A DNA stretch of 64,000 bases from an uncultured Actinomycetota bacterium. GTDB lineage: Bacteria; Actinomycetota; Actinomycetes; Streptosporangiales; Streptosporangiaceae. The stretch spans positions 32,353-96,352 of the forward strand of contig CAWAFD010000004.1 of the NCBI GenBank assembly GCA_963781225.1, in the 5' to 3' direction. Shown in pieces: positions 37,183 to 46,889 of the stretch. A model generated the notes under the pieces. The model had not been told where the DNA came from, ran no database searches, and saw only the letters and a program-made list of their open reading frames with translations. The position numbers and the translations under genes were made by a program. The first letter of the stretch is position 1, and each line of letters starts with the position of its first letter.

Positions 37183-38039
37183 AAGGGTGCGCTCTCCTCT
37201 GCGGCCGTCTGTTCCAGGCCGAAGTAAGCCGCCTCGACTTGCTGCGGCGTGACCTCGGACGGCCGGCCCTCCAGCGTGGTGTGGCCCTCGAGCAGGCACT
37301 GCAGATGGGAGGCCACCCGCAGGGCCTGGCTGACGTCCTGCTCGACGAGCAGCACGGTGAGCCCGGTCGCCAGGATCTGCGACAGCATTTCGTAGATGCG
37401 CTGGACCACTACCGGGGCCAGCCCGAGTGACAGTTCGTCGAGCAGCAGGACGCGCGGATTGGCCACCAGCGCGCGTCCGATGGCCACCGACTGCTGCTCA
37501 CCGCCGGACAGCTGCGCGGTGAGCTGGCCACGGCGGTCCTTCATCCAGGGAAACAGCTCATAGACGCGTTCGATGGCCCACGGCCCCTTGCGGGCGTAGG
37601 ACGCGCCGACCTGAAGGTTCTCCTGCACGCTGAGCGAGCCGAACAGGCGCCGGCCCTCCGGCACCATGACGATGCCCTGGGTGGCCCGGCGTTCGGGCCG
37701 GACCTTGGTCACGTCTTTGCCGTCGTAGACAACCGAGCCCGAGGTGGGCTGGTGCAGGCCTGCGATCGTGCGCAGCAGCGTGGACTTGCCCGCGCCGTTC
37801 GCCCCGATGATCGCGTACACCTCGCCCGGGAACACCCGCAGCGAGATGTTGTCCAGCGCCCGCAGCTGCCCATGGTGCACGGTCAGCTCCCGCACCTCTA
37901 GTAGGGGCTCGCTCCCTCTGCTGGCCCGGCTCGCCTCCGGGCCGCCGTCGAGGTGCTGCCTTCCCTCGTCGCTTCCCTCGTCGCTTCGCTCCTCAGTCCA
38001 GTCGGCACCGCGGCCCTTTGGCTCGCCGGACACGCTCAC
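37146..38039 (-). CDS. livF: ABC transporter ATP-binding protein (LivF family)
   Basis: LLEVRELTVHHG, GANGAGKST, LSGGEQQ, LLLDE. It has a ~45 aa acidic N-terminal extension containing a 12-nt duplication (SDEGSDEG). It overlaps both neighbouring genes. Confidence 0.8.
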   Translation of the reverse strand: MSVSGEPKGRGADWTEERSDEGSDEGRQHLDGGPEASRASRGSEPLLEVRELTVHHGQLRALDNISLRVFPGEVYAIIGANGAGKSTLLRTIAGLHQPTSGSVVYDGKDVTKVRPERRATQGIVMVPEGRRLFGSLSVQENLQVGASYARKGPWAIERVYELFPWMKDRRGQLTAQLSGGEQQSVAIGRALVANPRVLLLDELSLGLAPVVVQRIYEMLSQILATGLTVLLVEQDVSQALRVASHLQCLLEGHTTLEGRPSEVTPQQVEAAYFGLEQTAAEESAPLWSGSTTSSRAS

Positions 38040-38820
38040 TCTTCCCCCCTGCCTCGGGGACCTCGGCGGTCAGCGTGCCGCCGCTGAGTGAGGCGGTGAA
38101 CGCCGAGCCCAGGAAGACCTCGCGCACGGCCGGGGTGGCCAGCACCTCCGCCGGTTCCCCGTCGCCCACGAAGGAGCCGCCGGACAGGCAGATCAGACGG
38201 CTCACCACGGCGGTGAGCGCGCGCACCACGTGCTCGATCCAGATCACCGCGACACCCTCGGCGTTGATCCCGCGCACGATCTCGACCAGCTGGGCTACTT
38301 CCGGGTCGGTCAGCCCGCCGGCCACCTCGTCGAGGAGCAGGAGCTTGGGGGCTGACGCCAGGGCCCGAGCCAGCTCGAGCCGCTTGCGCTGGAGCAGGCC
38401 GAGCCGGGCCGCGGGCAGGTTCGCCTCGGCGCTCATCCCGGCTCGTTCCAGCGCCTCGCAGGCGGCGGCGTAGCTGGCGCGCCGCCGGAGCCCCGCCCCC
38501 TGCTGCGCCGCGACCAGCAGGTTCTCGAACACCGTCATGTCGGTGAACGGGCGCGGCACCTGATAGGTGCGGCCGATCCCGAGTCGGCAGCGGCCCGCCG
38601 CGTCCAGCTTGGTCACCGTGCGGCCGTCGAAGGAGATGGTTCCGCCGTTCGGGGCCAGGTCGCCGGAGATGAGGCCGAACAGGCTGGTCTTGCCCGCTCC
38701 GTTCGGCCCCACGATCCCGACCGTGTCCCCGGCTCCCACGCGCAGCGAGAGGTCCTCGGCGATGACCACCCGGCCGAACCGCTTGGTCACCTGGTCGAGC
38801 TCGAGCAGGGGAGTGGCCAT
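37993..38820 (-). CDS. livG: ABC transporter ATP-binding protein (LivG family)
   Basis: LLELDQVTKRFG, GPNGAGKTS, RTYQVPRPF, LLLDEVAGGL. Confidence 0.85.
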   Translation of the reverse strand: MATPLLELDQVTKRFGRVVIAEDLSLRVGAGDTVGIVGPNGAGKTSLFGLISGDLAPNGGTISFDGRTVTKLDAAGRCRLGIGRTYQVPRPFTDMTVFENLLVAAQQGAGLRRRASYAAACEALERAGMSAEANLPAARLGLLQRKRLELARALASAPKLLLLDEVAGGLTDPEVAQLVEIVRGINAEGVAVIWIEHVVRALTAVVSRLICLSGGSFVGDGEPAEVLATPAVREVFLGSAFTASLSGGTLTAEVPEAGGKSERVRRAKGPRCRLD

Positions 38821-38824
38821 CCGG

Positions 38825-40204
38825 TTACTTGTTCGTCGGGAGCAGGTCGCCGGTGAGCTTGGCTTGCGGCTGCAAGGTGTTGTCCACGACCTTGGCCTCC
38901 AGCGGGTACTTCGTGCCCTTCTGCCACTGGATCCCGACTGGCGGGGTGATGGCCACCCCCGGCGCGGGCGCCTTGGACGAGGTGAAGTCCAGCGGCCCGG
39001 CCAGGCCGTTGACGTTCACCTTGTGCAGGGCGTCGGCCAGTGCCGCCTTGTCCCGCGGGTTGTCCACCATCATGAACGCCGAGTGCGCGATCTCGAAGAG
39101 GCTGTAGTTACTGATGTTGGAGTTCCATTGCCCGTGGCTGGCCTCGTACTCGGTGGCGAACTGCTGGCAGGTCTCGCCGGTGAAGGAGGAGGTCCACGGC
39201 AGGGTCGGCGCCCACCACGCGTCGGTGGCCACGTTGTACACCAGGCTGCCCAGCGCGTAGGTGTCGGTCGGGAACAACAGCACCTTGGCCACGGTGGCCA
39301 GCTTGGGCCGGAAGCCCTGCTGAACGGACTGCTTCCACATGGTGGCGAAGTCCGGCGGCAGCGGCACGTTGGTGAAGAAGTCCGCCTTGTCCGCCTTGAA
39401 CTGCGCGATCATCGAGGAGTAGTTCGTCGTCCCGTCGGTATAGGCCGAAGACATGTTGAAGGTGTACCCGGCGGCCTTGGCGATCGGCGGGAACACCGCG
39501 CGGAACGCGTTGCCGTCTGAGTCGTTGGGGAACGCCGCGGCGACCACCTTGTTGGTGTTCAGCTGGCTGTGGATCTTGTTCCACATCGGGATGAAACACT
39601 GAATCAGGTGCTCGGCGCCCAGGAAGTACATGACCACGTACTTCGGCTTGAGGGTGGGCTTCTGTGGGTTGCCGCCCAGGTTGATGTACCAGGACTCCCA
39701 CGGGATGTTCGAGCAGATCAGCGGCGTGCCCAGGGTCTCGGCCTGTGAGGCCACGGCGTTGACCGTCTCCGGCGTGGAGGAGGCCAGCAGCAGGTCGACC
39801 TTGTCGCCGTTGATGGCCTGCTTGGCCAGCACTCCAGCCTGGGTCACGCTGGACTGGGTGTCGTAGGACTTGATGGTGACCTTGTAGGTCTTACCGCCGA
39901 CCTTGAACCCGTTCTTGTACGGGCTGGTCGCCTGGATCTTCGAGGCGACGAAGCCGTCGGCAGCGCCAAAGCCGGCCAGCGAGCCCGTCAGCGGGTGGAT
40001 CCAGCCGATCGTGATCTCCGCGCTGGAGGAGCCGCTGGTGGAACTCGAGCTGGCCCCCTTGATGCCGGAGCTGCATGCCTCGAGCAGTCCACCGCCCCCC
40101 ACGACGGCCGCACTGACGCCGGCCGTGCGCAGCAGGCCGCGCCGGCTGAGGTGGCCGGCCTGATCCGCGATGCCGGATCGAGCATTCTGGTCACTCATGT
40201 GCAT
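38825..40204 (-). CDS. ABC transporter substrate-binding lipoprotein (Leu/Ile/Val-binding protein family)
   Basis: Tat-like RRGLLRTAG followed by the lipobox LEAC. Type I periplasmic binding fold features are present. Confidence 0.8.
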   Translation of the reverse strand: MHMSDQNARSGIADQAGHLSRRGLLRTAGVSAAVVGGGGLLEACSSGIKGASSSSTSGSSSAEITIGWIHPLTGSLAGFGAADGFVASKIQATSPYKNGFKVGGKTYKVTIKSYDTQSSVTQAGVLAKQAINGDKVDLLLASSTPETVNAVASQAETLGTPLICSNIPWESWYINLGGNPQKPTLKPKYVVMYFLGAEHLIQCFIPMWNKIHSQLNTNKVVAAAFPNDSDGNAFRAVFPPIAKAAGYTFNMSSAYTDGTTNYSSMIAQFKADKADFFTNVPLPPDFATMWKQSVQQGFRPKLATVAKVLLFPTDTYALGSLVYNVATDAWWAPTLPWTSSFTGETCQQFATEYEASHGQWNSNISNYSLFEIAHSAFMMVDNPRDKAALADALHKVNVNGLAGPLDFTSSKAPAPGVAITPPVGIQWQKGTKYPLEAKVVDNTLQPQAKLTGDLLPTNK

Positions 40205-40329
40205 CGATCTCCTTATGAGGTCGCGCCGAGGCGCGGGAACCGCGTGCGAGGGAGGCTAGCACCACGTCATTTCGTTCTCGGTGGTCAGTCCTCCGCGAGT
40301 GCGCCGATAACGCCGCCAAAGAGTGCGCT

Positions 40330-40440
40330 CTGCGAACGAAAGTGCATATATAGAACAGTATGGCAACGCTAGGTTGCCTGTTCGGCGATAGTCAACGCAC
40401 GTTATGTAACTGTTTCAAATTGTGAGATGCCGAGGTAGCA
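40330..40440 (-). promoter_or_regulatory. AT-rich promoter/operator region of the liv-type operon
   Basis: Locally AT-rich in a GC-rich genome. It contains the inverted repeat ggcaac-gctag-gttgcc (40362-40378), the short dyad gttacataac, and a TTGACT hexamer on the minus strand. Confidence 0.35.
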
Positions 40441-40470
40441 GGCTTGTCATGGTGGTTACCGGTGGGTATG

Positions 40471-41243
40471 TCACGGTGCAGGCCCGGCGTGTCTGGCTTC
40501 ACCCAGGTTTTTGGGGGCGCCCTGTTCCCTCAGGGCCACAATGACGCCGTGCAGGTGCCGCCGGGTGGCCTGCTCGGCCTCGGCCTGCGGCGGCCGGTGA
40601 CCGCGGCGATGATGGCCAGGTGCTCGGGCAGCGACTCCTGCGGCCGCCCCGGCCGCAGCGACAACCGGAACTGATGCCGAACGAGCGGGGCGTTCAGCTT
40701 GTCCAGCAGCCCGGTAGCGACCTCCTGGCCGGAGATCTCGCGGATCAGGCGGTGCAGCTCACGGTTGAGGGCGGAGTACTCCAGTGGTTCGCCGTCGGCG
40801 ACGCTGCGGCGCATCTGGGTGCCGAGCCCGGTCAGCCGGGCGGCCTGCTCGCCGGTGATCTGCTCGGCGGCTTTGGCCGCGCACAGGCCTTCCAGGACCA
40901 TCCGGCATTCGGTGATCGCGACGGCCTCGGCGGCGGTGATCGCCCGGACCCGGGCACCCCGGTTCGGGATCCGCTCGACCAGCCCCTCGGCGGTCAGGTC
41001 GAACAGCGCGGCCCGCACGCTGGCCCGGGTCACCCCGGTCATCGCCGCCAGTTCCTCTTCCACCAGCCGCTGCCCGGGCACCATATCCCCAGCCAGCATC
41101 GCCCGCCGCAGCCAGTTACCCGCTTCCCGGCGCCCCGGCGCCCCGGCCAGCGGCCCTCGCACCTCGTCCGGCGGGGCCGGGCACCGTCCGGCGCGAGCTG
41201 GCCCTGGGCCGGCTGGCGTCGTGGCGGCGTGTCGGCTGTCCAC
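40471..41243 (-). pseudogene. GntR family (FadR/FCD subfamily) transcriptional regulator, frame-disrupted near the C-terminus
   Basis: wHTH (GQRLVEEELAAMTGVTRASVRAALFDLTAEGLVERIPNRGARV) plus an FCD domain. After EHLAIIAAVTGRR the plausible continuation QAEAEQATRRHLHGVIVALREQG lies in another frame and ends at the TGA at 40471-40473. The junction is near 40585-40595. Confidence 0.65.
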
Positions 41244-41510
41244 GGAGCGATCCTAGAAATATTCGACAAAATCGTCAACAATCTCGGTACCAATATCTTT
41301 AAACGGGTGTTCCAGCGGCGTTCAGCGCAGCGATCTCGCCGCTGATTACTAGTAAGGCTCAGTTGTCTGGCACAATGTGATGGCTGTCAGGCCATGCGAC
41401 GCCCTCTCCTCGTTCGCCCGGCCTGGCTCATCTGTGCGGTCCTGTCGGCTGTTTCCCCGGTCGGCGCGGGTCCGCCGCCTCGCATCTATCGCTGGGAGAA
41501 GACCACACCC

Positions 41511-42263
41511 GTGGCTGTCAAGATCAAGCTGAAGCGCCTGGGCAAGATCCGGGAACCGTATTACCGGATCGTCGTAGCGGACGCGCGCACGAAGCGCGAC
41601 GGGCGTGCCATCGAGGAGATCGGCAAGTACCACCCGAAGGCCGAGCCCTCGTTCATCGAAGTGAACTCCGAGCGGGTCCAGCACTGGCTCTCGGTGGGCG
41701 CGCAGCCCACCGACCCGGTCCGCGTCCTGCTCAAGATCACCGGGGACTGGCAGAAGTTCACCGGAGAGTCCGGGACCGAGGGCACCCTCCGTACCGCGAA
41801 GCCGCGTGCCGACAAGAAGGCGGTCTTCGAGGCAGCGGCCAAGGAGAGCCAGGCCACCAAGGACGCTAAGGAAGCCAAGGAGAGCAGGGGCGGTTCACGA
41901 TCCGCCAGGTCTTCCTCGGCCAAGGACAGTGCTCCCAAGGACAGCTCCGTCAAGAGCAGTCCCGCCAAGGGCAGCCGAGCCAACGCCGCGGACGCCGCGA
42001 CGGACGCGCCCGCCGCTGCCGAGGCGACGACCGTGACCGAGGCAGCTCCTGCAGCCGAGGCGACGACCGTGACCGAGGCAGCTCCTGCAGCCGAAGCGAC
42101 GACCGTGACCGAGGCAGCTCCTGCAGCCGAAGCCACGACCGAGGCCGAAGCAGCACCTGCAGCCGAAGCCACGACCGAGGCCGAAGCCACGACTGTGACC
42201 GAACCAGCACCCGCAGCCGAAGCGACGACCGAGGCCGAACCCGCGGCAGGGACCGAGGCCTGA
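41511..42263 (+). CDS. rpsP: 30S ribosomal protein S16 with a long repetitive C-terminal extension
   Basis: GTG at 41511 after gggagaag. [42 protein letters not shown]. About 165 aa of K/S/A-rich sequence then A/E/T-rich repeats follow the S16 domain. Confidence 0.9.
   Translation: MAVKIKLKRLGKIREPYYRIVVADARTKRDGRAIEEIGKYHPKAEPSFIEVNSERVQHWLSVGAQPTDPVRVLLKITGDWQKFTGESGTEGTLRTAKPRADKKAVFEAAAKESQATKDAKEAKESRGGSRSARSSSAKDSAPKDSSVKSSPAKGSRANAADAATDAPAAAEATTVTEAAPAAEATTVTEAAPAAEATTVTEAAPAAEATTEAEAAPAAEATTEAEATTVTEPAPAAEATTEAEPAAGTEA
42018..42245. repeat. 36-nt tandem repeat (3 near-perfect units plus degenerate units) in the rpsP 3-prime region
   Basis: The unit gccgaggcgacgaccgtgaccgaggcagctcctgca occurs at 42018, 42054 and 42090 and encodes [12 protein letters not shown]. 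Diverged units continue to about 42245. Confidence 0.9.
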
Positions 42264-42264
42264 G

Positions 42265-42507
42265 GTGCTTGAGGAAGCCCTCGAGCACTTGGTGCGAGGC
42301 ATCGTCCAGTACCCGGACGACGTCCAGGTGGCCAGCCGCAACCTGCGCCGGGGCAACGTCCTCGAGGTGCGGGTCCACCCCGATGACCTGGGCAAGGTCA
42401 TCGGGCGCGGCGGCCGCACGGCTCGTGCGCTGCGGACAGTGATCGGCGCCTTGGCGTCGGGCCACTACGTCCGCATCGACCTGCTGGACGCCAACGAGGT
42501 CCGCTAG
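42265..42507 (+). CDS. KH domain RNA-binding protein (YlqC/UPF0109 family)
   Basis: VHPDDLGKVIGRGGRTARALRTV, in the conserved position between rpsP and rimM. Confidence 0.85.
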   Translation: MLEEALEHLVRGIVQYPDDVQVASRNLRRGNVLEVRVHPDDLGKVIGRGGRTARALRTVIGALASGHYVRIDLLDANEVR

Positions 42508-42512
42508 TACCC

Positions 42513-43058
42513 ATGCGGGTCATCATCGGCCGCGTCGGCCGCCCGCACGGGATCCGTGGCGAGGTCGTGGTGGGGGTCAGGACCGACGAGCCTGACCTCC
42601 GGTTCGCCGTCGGGGCCGTCGTAGACGCGTCTTCCGACTCGGACAACGAGACCCCGGCGGACAGCACCGAGCTGACCATCGCCGCGCGGCGATGGCACTC
42701 CGGGCAGCTGCTCCTGGCGTTCGACGGGATCACCGACCGGACCGTGGTCGGCGAGCTGACCGGCAGCTGGCTGAGCATCGACTCCAGCCAGCTGCCGGAG
42801 ACCTCCGACCCGGACGAGTTCCGCGACCACGATCTGATCGGCCTGGCCGTGCTGACCGCGGACGGCACCGCGGCCGGCGTCGTCGCCGACGTGCTGCACT
42901 ACGGCCAGGACCTCCTGGTGGTGCGCCGCGACGAGAGCCAGGGCCAGGAGTTCCTCGTGCCGTTCGTCAAGGCCATAGTGCCCGAGGTGGACCTGGCGGC
43001 CGGTCGGCTGGTGATCGACCCGCCCCCCGGCCTGCTCGACCCGGCCGAGGCGGATTAG
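42513..43058 (+). CDS. rimM: Ribosome maturation factor RimM
   Basis: MRVIIGRVGRPHGIRGEV plus a PRC barrel C-terminus. Confidence 0.9.
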   Translation: MRVIIGRVGRPHGIRGEVVVGVRTDEPDLRFAVGAVVDASSDSDNETPADSTELTIAARRWHSGQLLLAFDGITDRTVVGELTGSWLSIDSSQLPETSDPDEFRDHDLIGLAVLTADGTAAGVVADVLHYGQDLLVVRRDESQGQEFLVPFVKAIVPEVDLAAGRLVIDPPPGLLDPAEAD

Positions 43059-43111
43059 CGACGGCGCGACCGCTGCGAACCCCGCCCGTTCGGCTTAATA
43101 AAGGAGGCGGC

Positions 43112-43927
43112 GTGGGGCTGCGCATCGACATCGTCACCATCTTCCCCGAGTATTTCGCCAGCCCGCTGCGGGTTTCCCTGATCGGGAAGGCCGCGGACCG
43201 GGGTGACATCGAGTTCCGTGTGCACGACCTGCGGCGCTGGGCCACCGACATCCACCGGACCGTGGACGACGTGCCGTTCGGCGGCGGCCCCGGCATGGTC
43301 ATGAGGCCCGACGTCTGGGGTGACGCGCTCGACGAGATCATCCCGCCGGGCGGCACGCCCCGGCTGGTAGTGCCGACCCCGAGTGGGGTGCCGTTCACCC
43401 AGGACACGGCGGCTGCCTACGCGGCCGAGCCGTGGCTGGTGTTCGCCTGCGGCCGGTATGAGGGGATCGATGGCCGGGTAGCCGAGGCGATGCGGGCGCG
43501 GATGCCCGTCGACGAGGTCAGCATCGGCGACTACGTGCTGGCGGGGGGTGAGGCCGCCACGCTGGTCATGCTCGAGGCGGTCGGGCGGCTGCTGCCTGGC
43601 GTGCTCGGCAACGCCTCCTCGGCGCCGGACGACTCGTTCGGCGGCTCTGCGGGCCCCATGCGCGGGCTGCTGGAGGGCCCCGCCTACACCCGGCCGCGGG
43701 ACTGGCGCGGGCGGGAGGTGCCGGAGGTCCTGCTGTCCGGCAACCACGCCGTGATCGCCCGCTGGCGCCGCGACATGGCGCTGCGCCGCACCGCCGCGTC
43801 CCGGCCCGACCTGGTACAGGCCCTGACCGACCTGGACCGGCGCGACCTTCAGGTGCTGTCCGAGGCCGGCTGGGAGGGCTCTTCACCTGCTGGCTTTCCG
43901 GTTAGCGGCGAAGATATGGCACACTGA
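43112..43927 (+). CDS. trmD: tRNA (guanine37-N1)-methyltransferase
   Basis: GTG at 43112 after aaaggagg. [13 protein letters not shown]...[14 protein letters not shown]...[10 protein letters not shown]...[11 protein letters not shown]. Confidence 0.9.
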   Translation: MGLRIDIVTIFPEYFASPLRVSLIGKAADRGDIEFRVHDLRRWATDIHRTVDDVPFGGGPGMVMRPDVWGDALDEIIPPGGTPRLVVPTPSGVPFTQDTAAAYAAEPWLVFACGRYEGIDGRVAEAMRARMPVDEVSIGDYVLAGGEAATLVMLEAVGRLLPGVLGNASSAPDDSFGGSAGPMRGLLEGPAYTRPRDWRGREVPEVLLSGNHAVIARWRRDMALRRTAASRPDLVQALTDLDRRDLQVLSEAGWEGSSPAGFPVSGEDMAH

Positions 43928-44036
43928 AGTCCGCTGTCTTTTTCAGGCGTCCGGCCAGGGGTACTCCGAGAGGCCCCAGGGCGTGAGACGGCGAGGGCCG
44001 GATGCCAGCAACGACCACCACCGAGGAAACCCTGTC

Positions 44037-44396
44037 ATGCATACCGCGATTGCCGAAATTGAGCAGGCCCAGACCCGGTCTGACATCCCGGACTTCCGGC
44101 CCGGGGACACCCTGAAGGTCCACGTCCGGGTCACTGAGGGAAACCGCTCACGGATCCAGGTGTTCCAGGGCGTGGTGATCCGGCGTCAGGGCAGCGGTGC
44201 CCGTGAGACCTTCACCGTCCGCAAGGTGAGCTACGGCGTGGGCGTCGAGCGGACCTTCCCGGTGCACAGCCCGTCGATCGACAAGATCGAGCCGGTCACC
44301 CGGGGCCGGGTGCGCCGCGCCAAGCTGTACTACCTCAGGGACCTGCGCGGCAAGGCGGCCCGCATCAAGGAGCGGCGCGACAACACCGGCAGCTGA
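44037..44396 (+). CDS. rplS: 50S ribosomal protein L19
   Basis: [38 protein letters not shown] at 44037. Confidence 0.95.
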   Translation: MHTAIAEIEQAQTRSDIPDFRPGDTLKVHVRVTEGNRSRIQVFQGVVIRRQGSGARETFTVRKVSYGVGVERTFPVHSPSIDKIEPVTRGRVRRAKLYYLRDLRGKAARIKERRDNTGS

Positions 44397-44397
44397 C

Positions 44398-45177
44398 GTG
44401 CCCGGGGGGCAGCCGGCGGACGACCGGGCCGACCCCGGCGCGACCGCCCCGGCTCGCACCCCCGAGCGGGGCAAGGACTCCGGGCGCGTGGCCAGGAGCT
44501 TCCCGGCCGCCAAAGCCGGGAAGAACAAGAGCTTCTGGCGCGAGCTGCTGACCATCGTCGTGGCTGCGGCCGTCCTCACCCTGCTGGTGAAGGCGTTCGT
44601 GGTGCAGGTGTACAAGATCCCGTCGGGCTCAATGGAGAACACGCTCCAGGTCCACGACCGGGTCCTGGTCAACAAGCTCGTGTACCACTTCCGCGGTATC
44701 GCCCGCGGCGACGTCGTGGTGTTCAGCGGCCAGGACTCGTGGGGACCCGACGCCCCGCCGCCGTCCAGCGACCCGGTGGTGCGGTTCGTCGACGACGCGC
44801 TGTCCGACGTCGGGCTGCACAGCGACCAGACCTACTACATCAAGCGGGTCATCGGGCTGCCCGGCGACCGGGTGGCCTGCTGTGACGCGCAGGGGCGGGT
44901 CACCGTCAACGGCGTCGCGCTGAACGAGAGCTCGTACCTGTATCCGGGCAACCCGCCGTCGACGTTCCGCTTCAGCGCCGTCGTGCCCGCCGGGCATGTG
45001 TGGGTGATGGGCGACCACCGCAGCGACTCCGAGGACTCCCGCTATCACGCTGGCGATCCGGGCGGCGGCGCCGTCCCGGAGAGCCAGGTCGTGGGCCGGG
45101 CCTTCCTGATCATCTGGCCGGTCTCGCAGATCAGCGACCTGCCCATCCCGCCTACCTTCGCCCAGGCCGGGCTGTAA
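44398..45177 (+). CDS. lepB: Signal peptidase I
   Basis: IPSGSMENTL, RGDVVVF, YIKRVIGLPGD, VMGDHRSDSEDSR. Confidence 0.9.
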   Translation: MPGGQPADDRADPGATAPARTPERGKDSGRVARSFPAAKAGKNKSFWRELLTIVVAAAVLTLLVKAFVVQVYKIPSGSMENTLQVHDRVLVNKLVYHFRGIARGDVVVFSGQDSWGPDAPPPSSDPVVRFVDDALSDVGLHSDQTYYIKRVIGLPGDRVACCDAQGRVTVNGVALNESSYLYPGNPPSTFRFSAVVPAGHVWVMGDHRSDSEDSRYHAGDPGGGAVPESQVVGRAFLIIWPVSQISDLPIPPTFAQAGL

Positions 45178-45440
45178 CCCTTCCGCGACCGGGGCCGCAA
45201 CGGGAGCCACGGCGACCGCCGGGGTCATCAGCGCCCCTCTGCTGCTGTGGCGCCGTAGCCGCCGCGGCGATGGATAGTCCTGTTACCTGGGTAAATATTG
45301 CTTCCGCCGTGATTGCCCAGGCTTGCCGGCCGGCCGGGCCGCAGAGACGCGGATACACTCACCAGACCCGGTCGCAGCGATAAGCTCAACACCGATGGCG
45401 GCGCGGATCTGCGAACCGTCACGGTCGGAAGGGGCGCGGG

Positions 45441-46670
45441 ATGAGTGGCGCGGGCCGCGGCATGTCGCCGGGAGCAGGGTCAGACGAGGGGGTCGCGCCC
45501 GGCGACCGTGTCCCGACCCAGCGGCAGCAGGCGGTGCCGGGTCCCGATGGGGTAAGCCGCCCCGCGGGCGGGACGTCCGGTCCCGAAGGATCGTCCTCCA
45601 GCCTCGGTGGATCCTCCCGCGGGCCCAGTGAAGCCTCCTCCGGCGCGGCTGGCCCGGCCGGAGGGGGAACTGGAGCCACCGGCGGCGACGCGAGGGCGGA
45701 CCGCCCGGACGGAGCCTCCCGGGCCGGCGGGGACGACGCAGCAGGTGGCGGACCACAGACGCCGGGTTCGGGCGGGGGGCGGCGTCACGCCAGCTCGCCG
45801 AAGAAGCGCTCGTTCTGGCGCGAGTTCCCGATCCTGGTCGTCGTCGCCCTGCTGCTCGCGGTCATCATCAAGACCTATGCGATCCAGGCGTTCTTTATCC
45901 CATCCGGGTCCATGCAGAACACGCTGGAGATCAACGACCGGGTCCTGGTCAACAAGCTCGTCTATGACACCCGGAGCATCCACCGAGGCGACATCGTCGT
46001 GTTCAACGGCGACGGTTCCTGGGACCCCGGCACCGTGCCGACGAGCGAGAACTTCCTGGCCAAGTTCTACGACGGATTTGCCAGCATGTTCGGCTTCGGG
46101 CATCCGGGCGACATCTTGATCAAGCGGGTCATCGGGCTGCCCGGTGACAAGGTTGCCTGCTGTGACGCACAGGGAAGGGTCACCGTCAACGGCGTCGCGC
46201 TGAACGAGGGGTCGTACCTGTATCCCGGCAACGCCCCGTCCGAGGTCAGGTTCAGCATCCAGGTGCCGGCCGGCCGCCTGTGGGTGATGGGTGATCACCG
46301 GCTCATCTCCGACGACTCCCGTGATCACCTCGGCGATCCCGGCGGCGGAACGGTCCCGGAGAGCGCGGTCGTCGGCCGGGCCTTCGTCATCATCTGGCCG
46401 GTCAACCGCTGGCGGATCCTGCCCATCCCCGCCACGTTCACCCAGCCGCAGCTCAACGCGGCGGCGGCGCCGGTCTCCTCATCCGGGACGCAGGACACCG
46501 CCGCCGCGGCGGACGTGCTCCCGGCCCGGCTCGAGCCGTCTGGACCGGCCGTGCCGCTCTCGCTCGGCTTCGCCGCGGCGATCCCGGTCACCTGGCTGCA
46601 GCGCCGCGTCCGGCTGCGGGCCGCCGGCCGCCGGGCCGCCCGGCGCGAACCCGGCTCGCCCGAGACATAG
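45441..46670 (+). CDS. lepB: Signal peptidase I paralog with a ~125 aa G/S/P/A-rich N-terminal region
   Basis: IPSGSMQNTL, RGDIVVF, LIKRVIGLPGD, VMGDHRLISDDSR. Confidence 0.85.
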   Translation: MSGAGRGMSPGAGSDEGVAPGDRVPTQRQQAVPGPDGVSRPAGGTSGPEGSSSSLGGSSRGPSEASSGAAGPAGGGTGATGGDARADRPDGASRAGGDDAAGGGPQTPGSGGGRRHASSPKKRSFWREFPILVVVALLLAVIIKTYAIQAFFIPSGSMQNTLEINDRVLVNKLVYDTRSIHRGDIVVFNGDGSWDPGTVPTSENFLAKFYDGFASMFGFGHPGDILIKRVIGLPGDKVACCDAQGRVTVNGVALNEGSYLYPGNAPSEVRFSIQVPAGRLWVMGDHRLISDDSRDHLGDPGGGTVPESAVVGRAFVIIWPVNRWRILPIPATFTQPQLNAAAAPVSSSGTQDTAAAADVLPARLEPSGPAVPLSLGFAAAIPVTWLQRRVRLRAAGRRAARREPGSPET

Positions 46671-46889
46671 CCGGGTTACCCGGTAGCGGCGACCGGGCTG
46701 ACGCTGGTGCATGTCGTCAGCAGTGGCCGGCGTGCACCACCTGGGACATCGCCGCGGTGGCCGCGTGTGCCCGGTATCTGGCGTACCCTTCGCAGTGTCA
46801 TGACCCGCCAAACTGGTGCGCCGGCCGCCAGGCGCCTGGCTCCGCCGGCCTCTGCGACCCTCGCCGAACCACCCGGCTCGATCCGCACC

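Noticed and set aside
40361-40378. Sigma-54-like TGGCA...TTGC element upstream of the liv-type operon.
   Set aside because: The GG-to-GC offset is 14 nt instead of the canonical 12, the element is on the wrong strand for the operon, and actinobacteria generally lack RpoN. It is better read as a simple inverted repeat (ggcaac-n5-gttgcc).
41394-41510. N-terminal extensions offered by the ORF track: rpsP from 41394, trmD from 42692, yifB from 52855, rplS from 43983, glnB from 27607, coaD from 18561, tsf from 59899 and the permease from 13865.
   Set aside because: The conserved protein N-termini begin at internal ATG or GTG codons preceded by Shine-Dalgarno-like sequences. The upstream extensions overlap the preceding genes or are R/P-rich filler.
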